From Candidatus Omnitrophota bacterium (GTDB taxonomy: Bacteria; Omnitrophota; Gorgyraeia; Gygaellales; Profunditerraquicolaceae), in NCBI GenBank assembly GCA_030691865.1, contig JAUYDL010000041.1, forward strand, positions 758-64,757: DNA of 64,000 bases, given 5' to 3'. The notes under the pieces are model-generated. The model did not search any database. It saw only the letters and a program-made list of their open reading frames with translations, and was not told where the DNA came from. This document shows, piece after piece, positions 60,741 to 64,000 of the stretch (position 1 is the first letter of the stretch; each line of letters starts with the position of its first letter). The translations under genes were made by a program, and so were the position numbers.

Positions 60741-61982
60741 TTATATCTCTTCAATAAAACTTAAAATAATTTTGGCTAACTTTTCCGCGTCATGGCGGAT
60801 TACTCCGTCGGCAATCATGCTGAAATCTTCCTCGACTACCCGTACCCCAAGATTCTCAATCTTCTTGCGGTCATTAACCACCAAAAGCGAATTATCCTGG
60901 GAGTAACGCTTTAAGATCTCGCTAGGCACCTCACCATTATTCACCACGCAGTAATCCAGAATCTGTTCATGGCTGTGCTTCAGAAGAGCTTTAATATGAT
61001 CAGAAACGCTATAGCCATCGGTTTCCCCCGGTTGAGTCATCACATTGCAAACATAAACTTTTATGGCTTCCGATTTTGCGATCTCTTCAGTAATCTCTTT
61101 AACTAATAAGTTCGGAATTATACTAGTGTACAAGGAACCCGGGCCCAAAACAATGATCTGCGCTTCTTTAATTGCCTTTAAGGCATCCGGCGTAGCCAAT
61201 GGCTGTTCGGGAGTAAGGCTAACCCTGTTAATCGACTTTCTGGCCCTGGGAATTTGATCTTCTCCTACAACCATTGAGCCATCTGAATAATGTGCCACCA
61301 ACGTTACGTCTCCCAATGTCGAAGGGATAACCTGGCCCCGTAAAGCTAAAACCTTACTGGTCTCCTTAATCGCCTTTTCAAAATCACCGGTCAAACGCGT
61401 CATTACCGTAATAAAAAGATTACCGAAGGAGTGCCCGGAAAACTCTGAATTCGCATCAAATCGAAATTGAAAAAGATCACGCATCAATGTTGGAGCATCA
61501 GCCAGGGCCACCAAACAGTTACGTATATCACCGGGAGGTAAAACATCAAACTGTTGTCTAAGCCTGCCGCTGGAGCCCCCGCTATCCGCCACCGTAACTA
61601 CTGCAGAAATATTGGACGTATAATTTTTTAAACCGCTTAAAAGAACAGATAGCCCTGTGCCACCGCCTACGGTAACGATACGCGGCCCACGGCTTAACTG
61701 CTTTTTTTGATACAAAATATCAATTAACTCTGTACCCCTGGATGATGGAATAAATATAGCAATAAAAGAACGCATCATCCGCTTGACGCCCAGAATTAAA
61801 ATTATAATTCCGGAGATTACAATCAGAGCATCCAAAATTTGAATCAACCAGAATTCTTCACTACGTAAATTAGCCGTACCTAAAATTAAAAGTATGACAC
61901 CAAAAGCACTCAAAGCCACCCAGCGCTTAATCCCTATGCCCGGATAAAACCATTTTAGAATATCGGCAGAATCAGCTTTCAT
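60741..61982 (-). CDS. YvcK/GlmR (CofD-like) protein with N-terminal membrane segments
   Basis: GGGTGL, DSGGSSG, PPGDIRNC, GHSFGNL, GPGSLYTSIIPNL. Confidence 0.92.
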   Translation of the reverse strand: MKADSADILKWFYPGIGIKRWVALSAFGVILLILGTANLRSEEFWLIQILDALIVISGIIILILGVKRMMRSFIAIFIPSSRGTELIDILYQKKQLSRGPRIVTVGGGTGLSVLLSGLKNYTSNISAVVTVADSGGSSGRLRQQFDVLPPGDIRNCLVALADAPTLMRDLFQFRFDANSEFSGHSFGNLFITVMTRLTGDFEKAIKETSKVLALRGQVIPSTLGDVTLVAHYSDGSMVVGEDQIPRARKSINRVSLTPEQPLATPDALKAIKEAQIIVLGPGSLYTSIIPNLLVKEITEEIAKSEAIKVYVCNVMTQPGETDGYSVSDHIKALLKHSHEQILDYCVVNNGEVPSEILKRYSQDNSLLVVNDRKKIENLGVRVVEEDFSMIADGVIRHDAEKLAKIILSFIEEI

Positions 61983-62022
61983 TTTATAAAACTATCTTCT
62001 AAAATTATATGGCAAAAAATGA

Positions 62023-62493
62023 TTAAATCTTCTTCTCATCTTCCTGCGTGATAACCTTAATTACGGATTTTTCATCCATACAGGTTCGTAAGATATCACG
62101 GAAGTATTTATCCTTTAAGAGACGTGATATTCTGGCTAAGGCCTTAAGATGCGGGCCGGCGGAATCCTGCGGGGCAACCAGTAAAAAGAAAATATAAGCT
62201 AATTCGCCATCCAGGGAATCAAAATCCACGCCCTTTTTGGAAAGGCCAAAAGCGACCACTAGCTTATCCACACAATCGCACTTTGCATGCGGTATGGCTA
62301 TGCCTTGACCGATGGCCGTTGATCCCAAGGCTTCTCTGGACATCAGCGCGTCAATGAGCTTATTACGATTACGTTTTTCTACATCAGAAGCTTCAATTAA
62401 TAAATCCACCATTTCTTTAATCACGTCTTCCTTGCTGGTGGATTTTATATCAGTGAGAATAGCCTTCTTCGAGAGAAAATCCATTATCTGCAT
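62023..62493 (-). CDS. PTS EIIA (Ntr/fructose-type) component
   Basis: RE.LGSTAIGQGIAIPH, DFDSLDG, HLKALARISR. Confidence 0.92.
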   Translation of the reverse strand: MQIMDFLSKKAILTDIKSTSKEDVIKEMVDLLIEASDVEKRNRNKLIDALMSREALGSTAIGQGIAIPHAKCDCVDKLVVAFGLSKKGVDFDSLDGELAYIFFLLVAPQDSAGPHLKALARISRLLKDKYFRDILRTCMDEKSVIKVITQEDEKKI

Positions 62494-62563
62494 TTGCTGC
62501 TCCTTTTTAAATGATTTAATCCGCCAATCTTTATGGCGGAGGAATACATGTGTTATATTTCAA

Positions 62564-62638
62564 TGGAGCGGCGGACGGGATTTGAACCCGTGACATCCTG
62601 CTTGGCAAGCAGGCATTCTACCGCTGAATTACCGCCGC
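62564..62638 (-). tRNA. tRNA-Gly(GCC)
   Basis: Cloverleaf; anticodon arm CCTGC-TTGCCAA-GCAGG; TTCAAAT loop; CCA encoded. Confidence 0.95.
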
Positions 62639-62693
62639 ATAAAATTTTATTTCCGAGTATTGTAAAAATTTTTTAAAAAACAAAAAATTTTTA

Positions 62694-62777
62694 TGGGCGG
62701 AAGAGGATTTGAACCTCCAAGGCATTGCTGCCACGAGGTTCTAAGCCTCGCGTGTCTGCCAGTTGCACCATCCGCCC
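62694..62777 (-). tRNA. tRNA-Leu(TAG)
   Basis: GGGCGGA/TCCGCCC acceptor stem, CGAGG-CTTAGAA-CCTCG, long variable arm; CCA not encoded. Confidence 0.93.
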
Positions 62778-63388
62778 GTCTCGCTACCTAATAAAATCCT
62801 GGTTTTCTCAAATTTTCTATTCAAGAAAACAGTTGATTTATTATAAATCCTTTTTAGTAATTTAATCGAGCTGTGCTTATAGTAAATTAATTCAAAAACT
62901 CTTGGAATAGTTCCAATCTTTCCGCTTAAAGAAAGCAAGTTATAAATCTTACTTTTTAACCAAATTAGAAAATCCTTGCTTGCTGAACAAAATTTTACTC
63001 TTATTTGTGGATGCTTGCTTTCTAGATGCTTAAATGAGGTTACGCAGCCATCTCCATCCAGTAAACCTCTTAAGAAATCGAAAAAGTACTTATTTGGAAT
63101 TTTAAGAGTCCCAATAGTTTTGCTTTTATTTGCAGTTATACCGATATTATTAAGCCAACGATACAACTTTACATTGCCAAATTGAATATAATAATACTTC
63201 CCGTTTTTATTATAACCGCTATTCTTAATTGCGATCTTATTTTTTAACCCAAGGCAAATTTTAAAGGTTTTTATTAAATCGATATCTTTAGAAACGAATA
63301 CAATATGCCTTCCATCTTTTGACAAATTGCCATCCGAAGCCAAAAGTCCTACGCAATATGATAGCTTATTGTCCCATTTTATATTCAT
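62741..63388 (-). CDS. Free-standing double-motif LAGLIDADG homing endonuclease
   Basis: YCVGLLASDGNL and FLRGLLDGDGCV motifs; K-rich; terminal L.RK. Confidence 0.88.
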   Translation of the reverse strand: MNIKWDNKLSYCVGLLASDGNLSKDGRHIVFVSKDIDLIKTFKICLGLKNKIAIKNSGYNKNGKYYYIQFGNVKLYRWLNNIGITANKSKTIGTLKIPNKYFFDFLRGLLDGDGCVTSFKHLESKHPQIRVKFCSASKDFLIWLKSKIYNLLSLSGKIGTIPRVFELIYYKHSSIKLLKRIYNKSTVFLNRKFEKTRILLGSETGGWCNWQTREA

Positions 63389-63399
63389 TTTTCATTCAA

Positions 63400-63417
63400 C
63401 AATTTCGCCATTCGCCC
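63400..63417 (-). pseudogene. 5' fragment of a tRNA-Leu gene
   Basis: GGGCGAATGGCGAAATTG matches 14 of the first 18 nt of the downstream tRNA-Leu (GGGCGGATGGTGCAACTG). Confidence 0.6.
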
Positions 63418-63526
63418 TAAAGTGAGCTTATTTAAATTCTGTGTAATGTTAGATGCGTAACGTGTAATGCCAATGTAATAACTGACATTCCGCCCACATT
63501 ACACTTTACACATTACGCAATTTTAT

Positions 63527-63599
63527 TGAGCCTCCCGCGACTCGAACGCGGCACAACCACATTAAAAGTGTGGTGCTCTACCTGATGAGCTAGAGGCCC
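63527..63599 (-). tRNA. tRNA-Lys(TTT)
   Basis: CCACA-CTTTTAA-TGTGG anticodon arm, GTTCGAG T-loop; CCA not encoded. Confidence 0.92.
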
Positions 63600-63607
63600 A
63601 AATCTAA

Positions 63608-64000
63608 TTAAAACTCTAACACTTCCTTCTCTTTAATCTTCAAAAGCTCATCAATCTTAGCGATATACTTATCCACTACCTTCTGCAACTCATCAATACC
63701 GCGAAATTTCTCGTCTTCAGAAATAATTTTATCCTTTTCCAGCTTCTCGACAGATTCTTTGGCCTCTCTTCTAATCGTACGCAGAGATACCCGGCCGTCT
63801 TCAGACATTTTATGCAGTAACTTAGCCATCTCCTGGCGCCTCTCCTTGGATAGCTGCGGAACAGTAATTCTAATTATCTTGCCGTCATTAGAAGGGCTAA
63901 CCCCCAGATTAGATTTCAGAATCGCCTTCTCAATCTCAGCAATCGCAGTAAGATCCCAGGGTTGGATAACAATCAAATGCGCGTCCGGTGCGGATATTGC
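63608..64000 (-). CDS. frr: Ribosome recycling factor (5' part outside the window)
   Basis: IQPWD, P.NDG..IRI.VP.L..ERR, ISEDE, KEKEV. Confidence 0.95.
   Translation of the reverse strand, partial: AISAPDAHLIVIQPWDLTAIAEIEKAILKSNLGVSPSNDGKIIRITVPQLSKERRQEMAKLLHKMSEDGRVSLRTIRREAKESVEKLEKDKIISEDEKFRGIDELQKVVDKYIAKIDELLKIKEKEVLEF

Noticed and set aside
4749-62593. Many short antisense or alternative-frame ORFs (e.g. 7640-8179, 10000-10587, 51932-52417, 59797-60324)
   Set aside because: Shadow ORFs of well-supported housekeeping genes
62741-63417. Group I intron or intein hosting the LAGLIDADG ORF
   Set aside because: No space for a ribozyme core outside the ORF and no flanking extein; the downstream tRNA is complete with a perfect acceptor stem

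Overview
A mostly minus-strand housekeeping region of an anaerobic PVC-group bacterium. Ca. Omnitrophota is the most likely assignment; this is inferred from the giant secreted protein with a GGIDF motif, a Minf_1886-like gene and the gene order. Core content: purine synthesis (purB, purL, purF, purM, purD, purE), nrdR/dCMP deaminase/glyA/rpiB, pyruvate:ferredoxin oxidoreductase, ilvD-ilvB-ilvN-ilvC-leuA, aroE, pfkA/aldolase/malQ, metK/ahcY, PTS genes, three tRNAs and part of frr. Accessory content: (i) an AT-rich restriction-modification-like cassette at 1.0-3.5 kb with a small R-S-E type ADP-ribosyltransferase-like gene overlapping the methyltransferase; (ii) a free-standing LAGLIDADG endonuclease between a 5' tRNA-Leu relic and an intact tRNA-Leu, whose anticodon serves as the endonuclease stop codon; (iii) a 2590-aa mosaic exported protein; (iv) MNT-HEPN and AbiEii toxin-antitoxin pairs; (v) a PurF with a degenerate glutaminase site next to an apparent purQ relic; (vi) at least six families of short palindromic repeats that supply ribosome-binding sites, stop codons and in-frame insertions to host genes. 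All family calls come from motif recognition by eye; no database search was run.
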